The notes beneath the pieces were generated by a model that saw nothing but the letters and a program-made list of their open reading frames with translations, searched no databases and was not told where the DNA came from. A DNA stretch of 64,000 bases. It comes from Gammaproteobacteria bacterium. GTDB taxonomy: Bacteria; Pseudomonadota; Gammaproteobacteria; UBA4575. Below, one piece after another: positions 44,491 through 53,188 of the stretch. The position numbers and the translations under genes were made by a program. The stretch spans positions 736,001 to 800,000 of the forward strand of contig CBDCUI010000009.1 in the NCBI GenBank assembly GCA_965222615.1, in the 5' to 3' direction. Within the stretch, counting starts at the first letter, position 1. Every line of letters begins with the position of its first letter.

Positions 44491-45912
44491 ATGAAATTAT
44501 ACAACAAAATAATTTTTTGTATTGCAGTCTTAAATGGGCTGTTTATTTCATGTGAAAATGTTATTGCTGCACAAAAAGCATTGTTGGTAGGTGTTGGTGA
44601 ATATCAAATACCAAACAAAGAATTACCAGGTATTGATGTTGACATACAGTTGATGAAAGAGATACTGGCAAGATTAGGTTACGCAGAAAGCGAAATAAAA
44701 ATATTACATAACAAAGATGCAACATTGCAAAATATAAAAAAAGCGATTACAAATTGGCTTGTCGACGGCGTACAAAAAAATGACCGAATTGTTATATATT
44801 TTGGTACTCATGGGAGCAGAATATACGACGTTGACGGAGATGAAGAAGATCAAGTAGATGAAGTCTTACTCGCCCATGATGCGAAGTTTTTCACAACAAA
44901 ACATGGGCGCACACTTAAAAATGTAGTTATTGATGATGATTTAGCAAATTGGCTTGCTAATATTCCAAGTGAAAATATTTTTGTTTTAGTTGATGCATGT
45001 AATAGTGGCTCGGTTACAAGGAGTGTTAAATTATCAAATTTATCCTTAGGTGTTGAGACCGCAGCAGCTAAATTCTTTTACTATGACGGCATTCCAGATG
45101 AGAGTGGCTCGACATTTACTAGGTCACTAGTCAATCGAAGTCTTGATCAAAACGTTAATTATATTGCTATTTCAGCTGCAAAAGATCATGAAATGGCCCT
45201 TTCAACTGAACAAGGAAGTTTTTTCACACTTGGTATTTTTGATGGAATAAACAAAGCATCTAACGGATCAGGCACAATTACTGTCGAGCAATTACATCGC
45301 CATGCAGATAGCTATATTGCTAAAACAATCTCAAGAGAAAAAAGATATCACCCACAACTTCATGGTAATGAATATTTAGCAAAGAAAAAATATAAACTAT
45401 TCAAGTTTATGCAAGGGCATGGCTCAAAATGGCAATCATTAGAAAAAATATCCAACCAGGTACAAGATTTAGAGTTATCTTTAAATCAAGAAGAATATGC
45501 CTTACAAGACAGTGTATATATCGCTGTAGATCTTCCTAAAGTAGGTTATCTTAATATAGTTTCAGTAAATGCATACGATCAGGGCACCATTCTTTTCCCA
45601 AATAAATTTAACTTGGATAATTATGTAAATAGTACAAACTTAACTATTCCATCAAAAAACATGCCGTTTAAGCTCGCTGCGGTTAAACCCACCGGACCAA
45701 CATTGATAGTTGGGTTCTTATCAACTGCACCGATAAATCTTTATGAACTGAGTTATGAAGGTCGTGATATCGGTGGTGCTTTAAATAAAGCTTTTGCAAC
45801 ACTATCTTACAGTGGTATTCGTGCTATAACTTTAGAATCAGAAAAAACGAAGCAAAACTATGAAGATGTTTTATACAGCAAATCTGTATACACAAATATT
45901 AAAATGAAATAA
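44491..45912 (+). CDS. Secreted metacaspase-like C14 peptidase with C-terminal DUF4384-like domain
   Basis: Signal peptide; THGS and DACNSG dyad; DVDGDEEDQVDE acidic motif; GYL...LFPN...IP...F...P.G C-terminal domain. Confidence 0.9.
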   Translation: MKLYNKIIFCIAVLNGLFISCENVIAAQKALLVGVGEYQIPNKELPGIDVDIQLMKEILARLGYAESEIKILHNKDATLQNIKKAITNWLVDGVQKNDRIVIYFGTHGSRIYDVDGDEEDQVDEVLLAHDAKFFTTKHGRTLKNVVIDDDLANWLANIPSENIFVLVDACNSGSVTRSVKLSNLSLGVETAAAKFFYYDGIPDESGSTFTRSLVNRSLDQNVNYIAISAAKDHEMALSTEQGSFFTLGIFDGINKASNGSGTITVEQLHRHADSYIAKTISREKRYHPQLHGNEYLAKKKYKLFKFMQGHGSKWQSLEKISNQVQDLELSLNQEEYALQDSVYIAVDLPKVGYLNIVSVNAYDQGTILFPNKFNLDNYVNSTNLTIPSKNMPFKLAAVKPTGPTLIVGFLSTAPINLYELSYEGRDIGGALNKAFATLSYSGIRAITLESEKTKQNYEDVLYSKSVYTNIKMK

Positions 45913-47271
45913 ATGTATACAAAAATCACCATTATTTTAGTTTTTTTATTATCAATAAATATTTCATATGCAACAAATCGCTATGCGCTCGTTATAGGCA
46001 ATTCTGATTATCCGTTTGGTCAGCTAAGGAATCCTAGTAATGATGCACAAGATGTTGCCTCAGAATTTGAGAAATACGGATTCGATGTAGATTTAAAAAC
46101 CAATGCGACCGCATTCCAACTAAAACAATCCTTGGATAGCTTACAAAGTAAGCTGCAGTCCAGTAGAGGAATTGGCATCATTTATTTCGCTGGGCATGGC
46201 GTGCAGTTTCAAGCCGAAAACTTTTTACTCCCTGTCGATGTTTCAACTACTTCTGCAACCGAACTTAAACGTACAGCCTTATCACTAAATACGGTCGTGA
46301 ACACGTTAGACCAGGCGCAGAACAAACTCAATTTAGTCATTCTCGATGCCTGTCGTAATAATCCATTCAAGAGTAGTTCACTTACGAGTGTTTCTCGAGG
46401 TCTACAAGCCGAGGCTAAAAAAGAACAAGATGGCTTAGCCCCGGTAGCGATCAGTGTGTCGTCCGGAACGGTGTTTTGGTATGCCACGCGTCCTGGGGAT
46501 GTGGCTTTAGACGGTAGTGGTCGCAATAGTCCTTTTACTTCGAGTCTGCTGCAAGTCCTTAATAATCATGCTGTACCGGCACGCTCGATTATCAGTCAAG
46601 TTGCAATACGAATGCGTAATTTAAAAATTAATCAACAGCCCTGGCAAGAAGGTATTTGGTTAGAAGACTTTCATTTTGATGAGTCAAGTAACCATAAAAA
46701 TGTCCCCGTGCAAATCGCTAAATATGATTCATTTCAGGAAGATATATATCGTGACTATATTAAGAATTGCAAAAAGTCTGGTAAAAAATGTAAACATTTA
46801 GCTAGCGTCGAAAAAATAATTGAGGAGTCGGATAAAAAAACAACTATAGCAAACACAAAACTCGAAAATGCTGCACCTAGCAAAATTGATGGATACGATG
46901 ATTGGCTTGGGCAGTGGCAATGCACGTGGGCGCATAATGATAATTCGAATAAGGGAACAAGCATTGTTAAATTTTACAAATTTGAAAAAAATATTCTATA
47001 TGGTACTTCGAGTCTTTCGACATGCCCTCAAGCTTCTAAATTTAAATTGGATACTACTGAATCACCTTTGAAATATACATTACTCCCCTGCTGTGCATCT
47101 TGGACTTGGAAAACCACGATGTGTAATGCAATGCTTAGAATAACAATCGAAAAAATTCCTAAATTAGGAGAACAACAAGCTATGAAGTCCTCATACACTA
47201 CAGATTTTTTTAACCTTCCTTCAAGCAGTCTTAGTATAGGTGGCGAACAAACTTGTATAAAAATTTACTAG
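45913..47271 (+). CDS. Secreted caspase-family (para/orthocaspase-like) C14 peptidase with Cys-rich C-terminal domain
   Basis: Signal peptide; RYALVIGN..Y, LRNP.NDA, YFAGHG, ILDACRNNPF, NSPFT. Confidence 0.92.
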   Translation: MYTKITIILVFLLSINISYATNRYALVIGNSDYPFGQLRNPSNDAQDVASEFEKYGFDVDLKTNATAFQLKQSLDSLQSKLQSSRGIGIIYFAGHGVQFQAENFLLPVDVSTTSATELKRTALSLNTVVNTLDQAQNKLNLVILDACRNNPFKSSSLTSVSRGLQAEAKKEQDGLAPVAISVSSGTVFWYATRPGDVALDGSGRNSPFTSSLLQVLNNHAVPARSIISQVAIRMRNLKINQQPWQEGIWLEDFHFDESSNHKNVPVQIAKYDSFQEDIYRDYIKNCKKSGKKCKHLASVEKIIEESDKKTTIANTKLENAAPSKIDGYDDWLGQWQCTWAHNDNSNKGTSIVKFYKFEKNILYGTSSLSTCPQASKFKLDTTESPLKYTLLPCCASWTWKTTMCNAMLRITIEKIPKLGEQQAMKSSYTTDFFNLPSSSLSIGGEQTCIKIY

Positions 47272-47356
47272 GAGCTATATTGAATAAACGCTTTTGGCCA
47301 ATAGCGTTTATTCATGTAAATACATTTTTTATATAAAACCAAGATTTTATAAGAAA

Positions 47357-47384
47357 AAAATAGGCGCCCGAAGGCGCCTATTTT
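47357..47384. terminator. Bidirectional intrinsic terminator
   Basis: AAAATAGGCGCC-CGAA-GGCGCCTATTTT between convergent genes. Confidence 0.9.
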
Positions 47385-47408
47385 GGGTAAAACTAGAGTC
47401 TTATTCAG

Positions 47409-48815
47409 TTAGAATAACTGAACCAAACCCACTGCGACCATTTCAAGATCACCTCCAACACCATTACCCGCTGAATTGATACCGAAATCATAATTGGCGT
47501 TTCTGTCATTAGAGACTTCAGAGTAGATTACACGTAATTCGGTGCCGGCTGGGAAGGTGTAGAACAAACCAATGTTATACGCATCACCACTTGAACTGCT
47601 GTCGGATAGACCATTATTACAGGTACTACTACCTGCACCGGAATCACAATCCAAATCATCAGCATCCATATAGGAGAAGCGGATATCAAACGGTCCTGGA
47701 AAGTTGTGTTTACCCGATATCATCCAAGCATCGCGTTCCACTTCGTTTCTATTGCCAGCTACACCGTTACCACCGAGTATACCAGCACCTGTAGCACAAT
47801 CTTTATGAACATACTTAATTTCTTCATACATGCCGGAGAACCAAGTTGAGTGGCCATTGCCCCAATCGTGAATGTAACGACCCGCGATACGCCATGAATC
47901 ATCATCAGAATCTCTACAGCCAAAATCGGCTGCAGCCCAATCATCATGTTTTTCATAAGTGAGGGCACCCCAAATGGTGGATCTACCTTTACCGACGTCG
48001 TTTTCGTAGGCAACCCCCATAGACCAAATACGTGGGTCTATTTTTTTCGTAGTACCAGAAGCCGTGGTTACCTGCACATCGCCATTACCAGAAAAGTAGT
48101 TCAAGCCAGGGTCGTTATGAGCATTGGAGGTCGCAATACGGGCTGTAAAGCCATTCCAATTAGGTGAGAACCACTGTACCACACCGTTTTGACGTCGGTT
48201 AAAACCATTGTTTTGAGGACCAAAGTTCGCACCAAAGGGACCAAAATTGGTCGGTCCACCAAAACCACCACCGTTATCAAAACCGAAGCCACCGTTAAAG
48301 AAACGGGTACCGAAGCCGACTGAGCCCATGATGGAGCTGGTAGAATCCGCACCTGCATCACCGAAAGGGTCAATCCATGGAAATACCATTTCATTATGAG
48401 GTAGCAACCAATGAGCAAACATCACTTCGCCCCAAACACCAGCCAAGCCTAGCTTACTGTTACGATTACAGAAATCATTAAAGCCAAAAATGCCTGAACC
48501 AGTAAGTCGGTTAATAAAAAGGAATTGTTCACAACGAAAGGTTGCTATGATCGGGGTTTCGCCAACAGTAAAACCGGTATCGATTTGTGCATCAAAACCT
48601 AAATGCGCAACATTAGCACTGATACGAGACATATCTCTGTCATCCCCTGGGCCATAATAGTTTTCAGACTCTACCCATTCATATGAGTAGTTCTGATATG
48701 CATAAATAGTCCAGTTTGAGTTAGCATTACCGCCACTTATCCCTCCAGCAAATGGTGCTAGTGGTAACGCTACAAGGACGAATGCAAAAGCAGCTCTTAT
48801 TAGATTAGTTTTCAT
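47409..48815 (-). CDS. Outer membrane porin (general diffusion porin-like)
   Basis: Signal peptide, NRNSKLGLAG.WGEV, VQWFSPNWNGF, amphipathic last strand ending in F. Confidence 0.85.
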   Translation of the reverse strand: MKTNLIRAAFAFVLVALPLAPFAGGISGGNANSNWTIYAYQNYSYEWVESENYYGPGDDRDMSRISANVAHLGFDAQIDTGFTVGETPIIATFRCEQFLFINRLTGSGIFGFNDFCNRNSKLGLAGVWGEVMFAHWLLPHNEMVFPWIDPFGDAGADSTSSIMGSVGFGTRFFNGGFGFDNGGGFGGPTNFGPFGANFGPQNNGFNRRQNGVVQWFSPNWNGFTARIATSNAHNDPGLNYFSGNGDVQVTTASGTTKKIDPRIWSMGVAYENDVGKGRSTIWGALTYEKHDDWAAADFGCRDSDDDSWRIAGRYIHDWGNGHSTWFSGMYEEIKYVHKDCATGAGILGGNGVAGNRNEVERDAWMISGKHNFPGPFDIRFSYMDADDLDCDSGAGSSTCNNGLSDSSSSGDAYNIGLFYTFPAGTELRVIYSEVSNDRNANYDFGINSAGNGVGGDLEMVAVGLVQLF

Positions 48816-49084
48816 GTAATTTCCCTCCCGTGCAATTTACAGGAGCTTTTCATACGCTCCTTTAAATTGTTATTGATTTTTATTTGAAAGCTTTTAATTA
48901 AAGCTTTATGCGCAAATAAGATTTAACTTATTAACATTAGATTTTACATTAAAGTGGATAATTGATGATCAATGAATATTTATTTTTTATTGACTAGTTT
49001 ATTGACTTAATGCAATTCTTAATTTTTTTTAAAGCTCATAGTTTTTTTATTGAGAAATATAAGATATTGCTAAGCAATAAATTT

Positions 49085-49393
49085 TACGAAGGAAAGATAT
49101 TATGTCTGCTTATGAGATTTAAATAAAACTTTCGCAGCACTATCTTATAGTAGTATTCGAGCTATAACTTTGGAATCAGAAAGATAAAATTAAATGTAAC
49201 ACAAAAACCTTTAAGTTATACAGTGCATCATGCATCGACGTTGTATTATAGACAATGCACAATAAAAGTATTTACTATCGACCAGATTACTACTTCTCAA
49301 GAACAACTCATTTTCAATGCCACTTATACTAATAGCCAACACAACGGTCTCCTACTTGAGCGTGGTAAACAAACTTGTATAAAAATTTTATAA
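49085..49393 (+). pseudogene. Fused remnant of the 3' ends of both caspase genes
   Basis: NKTFAALSYSSIRAITLESER matches the end of the 44491 gene; IKLNVTQKPLSYT...GKQTCIKIL* matches the end of the 45913 gene. Confidence 0.85.
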
Positions 49394-49516
49394 AACATTG
49401 TTGAACATCTGCTATGAGTGGTTACCAGACATTTCAAGTTTGTAAACCCTTGATTCCAACAAATTCGTCCCTAAATTTGCCCGCCTTCAGCCAATAGCGG
49501 CCACTAACTCTGTTAT

Positions 49517-49545
49517 AAAAAAGCCCCACTATAAAGGTGAGGCTT
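49517..49545 (-). terminator. Intrinsic terminator of the beta-helix protein gene
   Basis: AAGCCTCAC-loop-GTGGGGCTTTTTT. Confidence 0.75.
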
Positions 49546-49573
49546 CGTAATTTAGTCGGATGACTATCTTGTT

Positions 49574-50926
49574 TTAATCGTCGTTGCCAACAAGCCTGAC
49601 TTCATTGTTGATACCTAGATCAACTACCAGTAGACAGCCCGGTGTGCTGCATGATGCGCCTGGATACACATTTACAACTTCTATTGGACCTGGAGCCACA
49701 GCAGTTACAAGGTTGTTGAAACTTGGTCCGGTAATTGGCGCACCATTGCTACCATTTTTTTCGGGCCCATTCGTGTTATCAAAAAACACATCAACATCAT
49801 TGTCTTGTAATTTTGTTTTGAGGAATCTGTTATTGCCACTAAAACTTTGTTCAACGTTGACCCCAAAGTCGCAGTTGCGTACCTCATTATTTTTCCACAC
49901 GGTATCAACTTCTTCGTTATTAGCACAAAGTCCATTGAAGCAAGCATGTATATAATTATCCTTAATTCGTGCACGAGTATTTTTCTTAGCAGAATCAGCC
50001 CCTATAGCAAAAACCGAAGCTGCTACGCTCGTGGCAATAGCGCAACCTTGATTACGAAATAAACTACCAGGTATTACCTCTTTTATACCATTTAACATGG
50101 TATTGCCTTTTACCTTGGTGTCTTCAGTGCCAAGCATTTGAACAGCATAATTGCCATATCCATTAAACAAGTTATTTTTGATCACAGTATTCTTAACTTG
50201 ATCCTCTTCTTCATTTTCGGTAACTACTTCAAAAGAAAAGGTATTAAAATTGAAGCAAATAGAACCTCCACCTAATAGCCTCACACCCGCAGAATTTATC
50301 CCTGTTATATTTGTCATTTTATTGTTCTTAACTTGAAGACGGTTAACAGAGCCTGCATTCACCCCAAAGGTGACATTATCGAAATAATTATCCTTAATGA
50401 CGATATTATTAAACGAGCCCGGTATATAATTATTTTCATCACAGTTTAAACTCGGACTATTATAATTAGTAATTGACACAGCTCGGTTAAACAGCTCGAA
50501 CTTAAGATCATGTATTTTAATGTTTTCAATGGTGCCGTTCAGAGGCGTAGGGCCGATCAAAAGCCCTCTATTTCTAAATTCTGTCGTAAAAGGATCATCA
50601 GAAAGAGGGCTACCAGGAAGACAACCAGGAGTATTTTGACCACATTCGGTACCACGCAATACAGTCCAATCATTATTAGCACCTTTTATGGTTAGGTTTG
50701 AGCGTTGAATAGAAACAAACGTATCATCAAATTGGCAAATTCCTTTGAGCTCAACGACACGATTGTTTGTATTGTCAACTGCAGCTTGAATTTTCGCTCT
50801 ATCAGATGCGATGTCGTTTTCACACTGGACCACTTGCATATTGCCGTCATTGTCGTCAGCGAAAGAAAAACTTGGTACCACCAAAAGTAATGCCAAGCCT
50901 ATTTGAATAAAGTGTATGGTTTTCAT
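49574..50926 (-). CDS. Secreted right-handed beta-helix (pectin lyase-like fold) protein (candidate ECF target 3)
   Basis: Signal peptide; IQAAVD start motif; repeated IKDN/VKNN/IKNN/VKGN units. Confidence 0.8.
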   Translation of the reverse strand: MKTIHFIQIGLALLLVVPSFSFADDNDGNMQVVQCENDIASDRAKIQAAVDNTNNRVVELKGICQFDDTFVSIQRSNLTIKGANNDWTVLRGTECGQNTPGCLPGSPLSDDPFTTEFRNRGLLIGPTPLNGTIENIKIHDLKFELFNRAVSITNYNSPSLNCDENNYIPGSFNNIVIKDNYFDNVTFGVNAGSVNRLQVKNNKMTNITGINSAGVRLLGGGSICFNFNTFSFEVVTENEEEDQVKNTVIKNNLFNGYGNYAVQMLGTEDTKVKGNTMLNGIKEVIPGSLFRNQGCAIATSVAASVFAIGADSAKKNTRARIKDNYIHACFNGLCANNEEVDTVWKNNEVRNCDFGVNVEQSFSGNNRFLKTKLQDNDVDVFFDNTNGPEKNGSNGAPITGPSFNNLVTAVAPGPIEVVNVYPGASCSTPGCLLVVDLGINNEVRLVGNDD

Positions 50927-51070
50927 CTGAACCTCCCTTCTTTTCTAATGGAAATTTTATAAAGTTATGAAAGTTAACTAATATTGTTACCAGCATTTAG
51001 GCTTACTAGTGCAAACGCTTAATCGCTTAAGCTATTAGTAAAGACGGGGGATAAATTAAATTGTCAGAAA
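50927..51070 (-). promoter_or_regulatory. Conserved promoter/leader copy 3 with TCTGACA-N14-CCGTCT
   Basis: Motif at 51042-51068. Confidence 0.85.
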
Positions 51071-51476
51071 ATTTTCATTTAAAAAATTAAAAAGACAGCA
51101 TCTATAGCAGCGAATGTCTACTTTGGGCTGCCGATTCAATCGGTCAATGCAACACCTTGCTAAACTTTTAGTAATAAAGAGGTTGACTCAAACGGATGAC
51201 CATTTAGTGTTGAGTTGTTTTTGGATGAACCGGTTACATTAAATACTGCATTATTACTTGCTTCGAGCCATCTTTTATTGATCTACTCTTAAGATGTTGA
51301 TGTAATTGCATTTCTCTTAGCTTTTGCAGCCTTTTTTCACTCTATTTCAAAGTGTTGCATCGACCTATTGAGACCACAGCCGTTAGCGGACATTTTAAAA
51401 TTTTATTTGAGTTTCCCAACTTGTTCCTCATTTAAGCCCACCTAACTTTAATCAGTTCCAACATCCATGTTATATC

Positions 51477-53171
51477 TCATATTCGCATATCCCTAGGCTC
51501 ACGCTCAGGCGGTACCAGCTTGGGTACTGCCGCTAATAATTTCTTTGTATAGTCATGTTGTGGGTTGGTTAGAACCTCAACCACTTCTCCCTCTTCCACA
51601 ATCTTTCCTTGATACATTACCGCAACACGGTCTGCAAAATAGGCAACTACAGACATGTTGTGGGTGATAAACAAATAACTAATTCCATATTTGTCTTGTA
51701 AGTTATTTAACAAATCTAGAATTTGTGCTTGTACGGATACATCTAACGCACTTGTGGGTTCATCGCATATAATAATTTTAGGATCCACTGCTAAGGCCCT
51801 AGCAATACAAATGCGCTGTCGTTGGCCGCCTGAAAATTCATGTGGGTAACGCAGATGTGCATCTTTAGACAAACCTACTTGTTCCAAAAGCTCTAACACG
51901 CGTTGTTTACGTGCTACCGAATCCGGCAATACATTTAGTGCCTTCATTCCTTCTTCAATAATTTCACCTATTAACATGCGCGGATTCATCGAAGAATAAG
52001 GATCTTGAAATACAATTTGCAAATTAGTGCGCTGCTCTAGTAGTTGTTGTTTATCGATGTCATGAATCGGCAATCCTAAATAATGAACCTCGCCCGAAGT
52101 CGGCTGTACCAGTCGTAAAATGCCTTTTCCAACTGTTGTTTTACCGCTACCAGACTCTCCTACCAAGGCTACTGTTTGACCCGGTGGAATTTCCAGTGAC
52201 ACACCATCCACTGCTTTGACATAGCCAACTGTGCGTTTAAAAATTCCCTTTTGAATGGGGAAATGCACTTTTAAATCAGTAACTCGTAAAGTGTCATTTT
52301 CATCAACTTTTAAATCCTCTATCTTTTGATTAGAAATGTCATTTGCTGCCAGTAAAGGCTTACCACGTTTTTCGATAGCCGGTAATGCGGCGAACAAGTC
52401 CCAGCTATATTGATGTTGCGGGGCGGAGAAAAATATTTGATTACTGGATTGTTCAACAATTTTCCCCTGTTTCATCACCGCTATGTGATCTGAGACCTGT
52501 TTAACCACTGCCAAATCATGCGTAATGAAAAGAATTGCCATTTTAAATTTCTGCTGCAATTCATTAATTAAATCCAATACGCGCGCCTGTACCGTAACAT
52601 CCAATGCAGTAGTAGGCTCATCTGCAATTAATAATTTCGGCTCACACGCCAAAGCAATCGCAATCATCACACGTTGTTTCATACCGCCAGATAACTCATG
52701 CGCAAAAGTATCAATAGTGTGTTTAGGATTTTTAATATTAACAGCATCGAGTAAATCCAAAGCACGTTGTCGAGCCTGGGCCTTACTCATATCTTGATGT
52801 CGAATCAATACCTCAGCTATTTGTTTACCAACTTTCACCACTGGGTTTAATGAAGTCATCGGTTCTTGAAAGATCATCGAAATACCACTACCGCGTATAT
52901 CACGCATCTCACGTTCTGGTAGGGTTAAAAGATCTTTACCTTCAAAATGCACTGCACCTGTAGTTACCTGAGCAGATTCAGGCAATAAACGAATCACTGA
53001 AAGTGCAGTAACCGATTTTCCACTCCCAGATTCCCCTACCAAAGCAAAAGTCTCACCTTCATTAATTTGAAAGCTGACTTTATCTACGGCAGTAACTTTG
53101 CGTGTACCGGTTTCAAATACTGTGCTTAAATTTTCCACACGTAGTAATGGAGACTGCTTTGATTCTGACAT
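51477..53171 (-). CDS. Peptide ABC transporter ATP-binding protein (two fused ABC domains)
   Basis: Two GESGSGK Walker A, LSGGMKQR and FSGGQRQR. Confidence 0.95.
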   Translation of the reverse strand: MSESKQSPLLRVENLSTVFETGTRKVTAVDKVSFQINEGETFALVGESGSGKSVTALSVIRLLPESAQVTTGAVHFEGKDLLTLPEREMRDIRGSGISMIFQEPMTSLNPVVKVGKQIAEVLIRHQDMSKAQARQRALDLLDAVNIKNPKHTIDTFAHELSGGMKQRVMIAIALACEPKLLIADEPTTALDVTVQARVLDLINELQQKFKMAILFITHDLAVVKQVSDHIAVMKQGKIVEQSSNQIFFSAPQHQYSWDLFAALPAIEKRGKPLLAANDISNQKIEDLKVDENDTLRVTDLKVHFPIQKGIFKRTVGYVKAVDGVSLEIPPGQTVALVGESGSGKTTVGKGILRLVQPTSGEVHYLGLPIHDIDKQQLLEQRTNLQIVFQDPYSSMNPRMLIGEIIEEGMKALNVLPDSVARKQRVLELLEQVGLSKDAHLRYPHEFSGGQRQRICIARALAVDPKIIICDEPTSALDVSVQAQILDLLNNLQDKYGISYLFITHNMSVVAYFADRVAVMYQGKIVEEGEVVEVLTNPQHDYTKKLLAAVPKLVPPEREPRDMRI

Positions 53172-53188
53172 TTCTTATTACTTAGCGA

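Noticed and set aside
44491-47271. Gasdermin or CRISPR-linked caspase defence system
   Set aside because: Both proteases have signal peptides, and no gasdermin, NLR/TIR or cas gene is recognisable in the window
41276-51070. CRISPR or integron interpretation of the three ~143-bp repeats
   Set aside because: Repeats are too long, irregularly spaced and lie upstream of genes with promoter and RBS; no cas or intI gene and no attC-type ends were seen
51130-51470. Possible gene remnant between the island and the ABC transporter
   Set aside because: Only short open stretches; no recognisable protein motif
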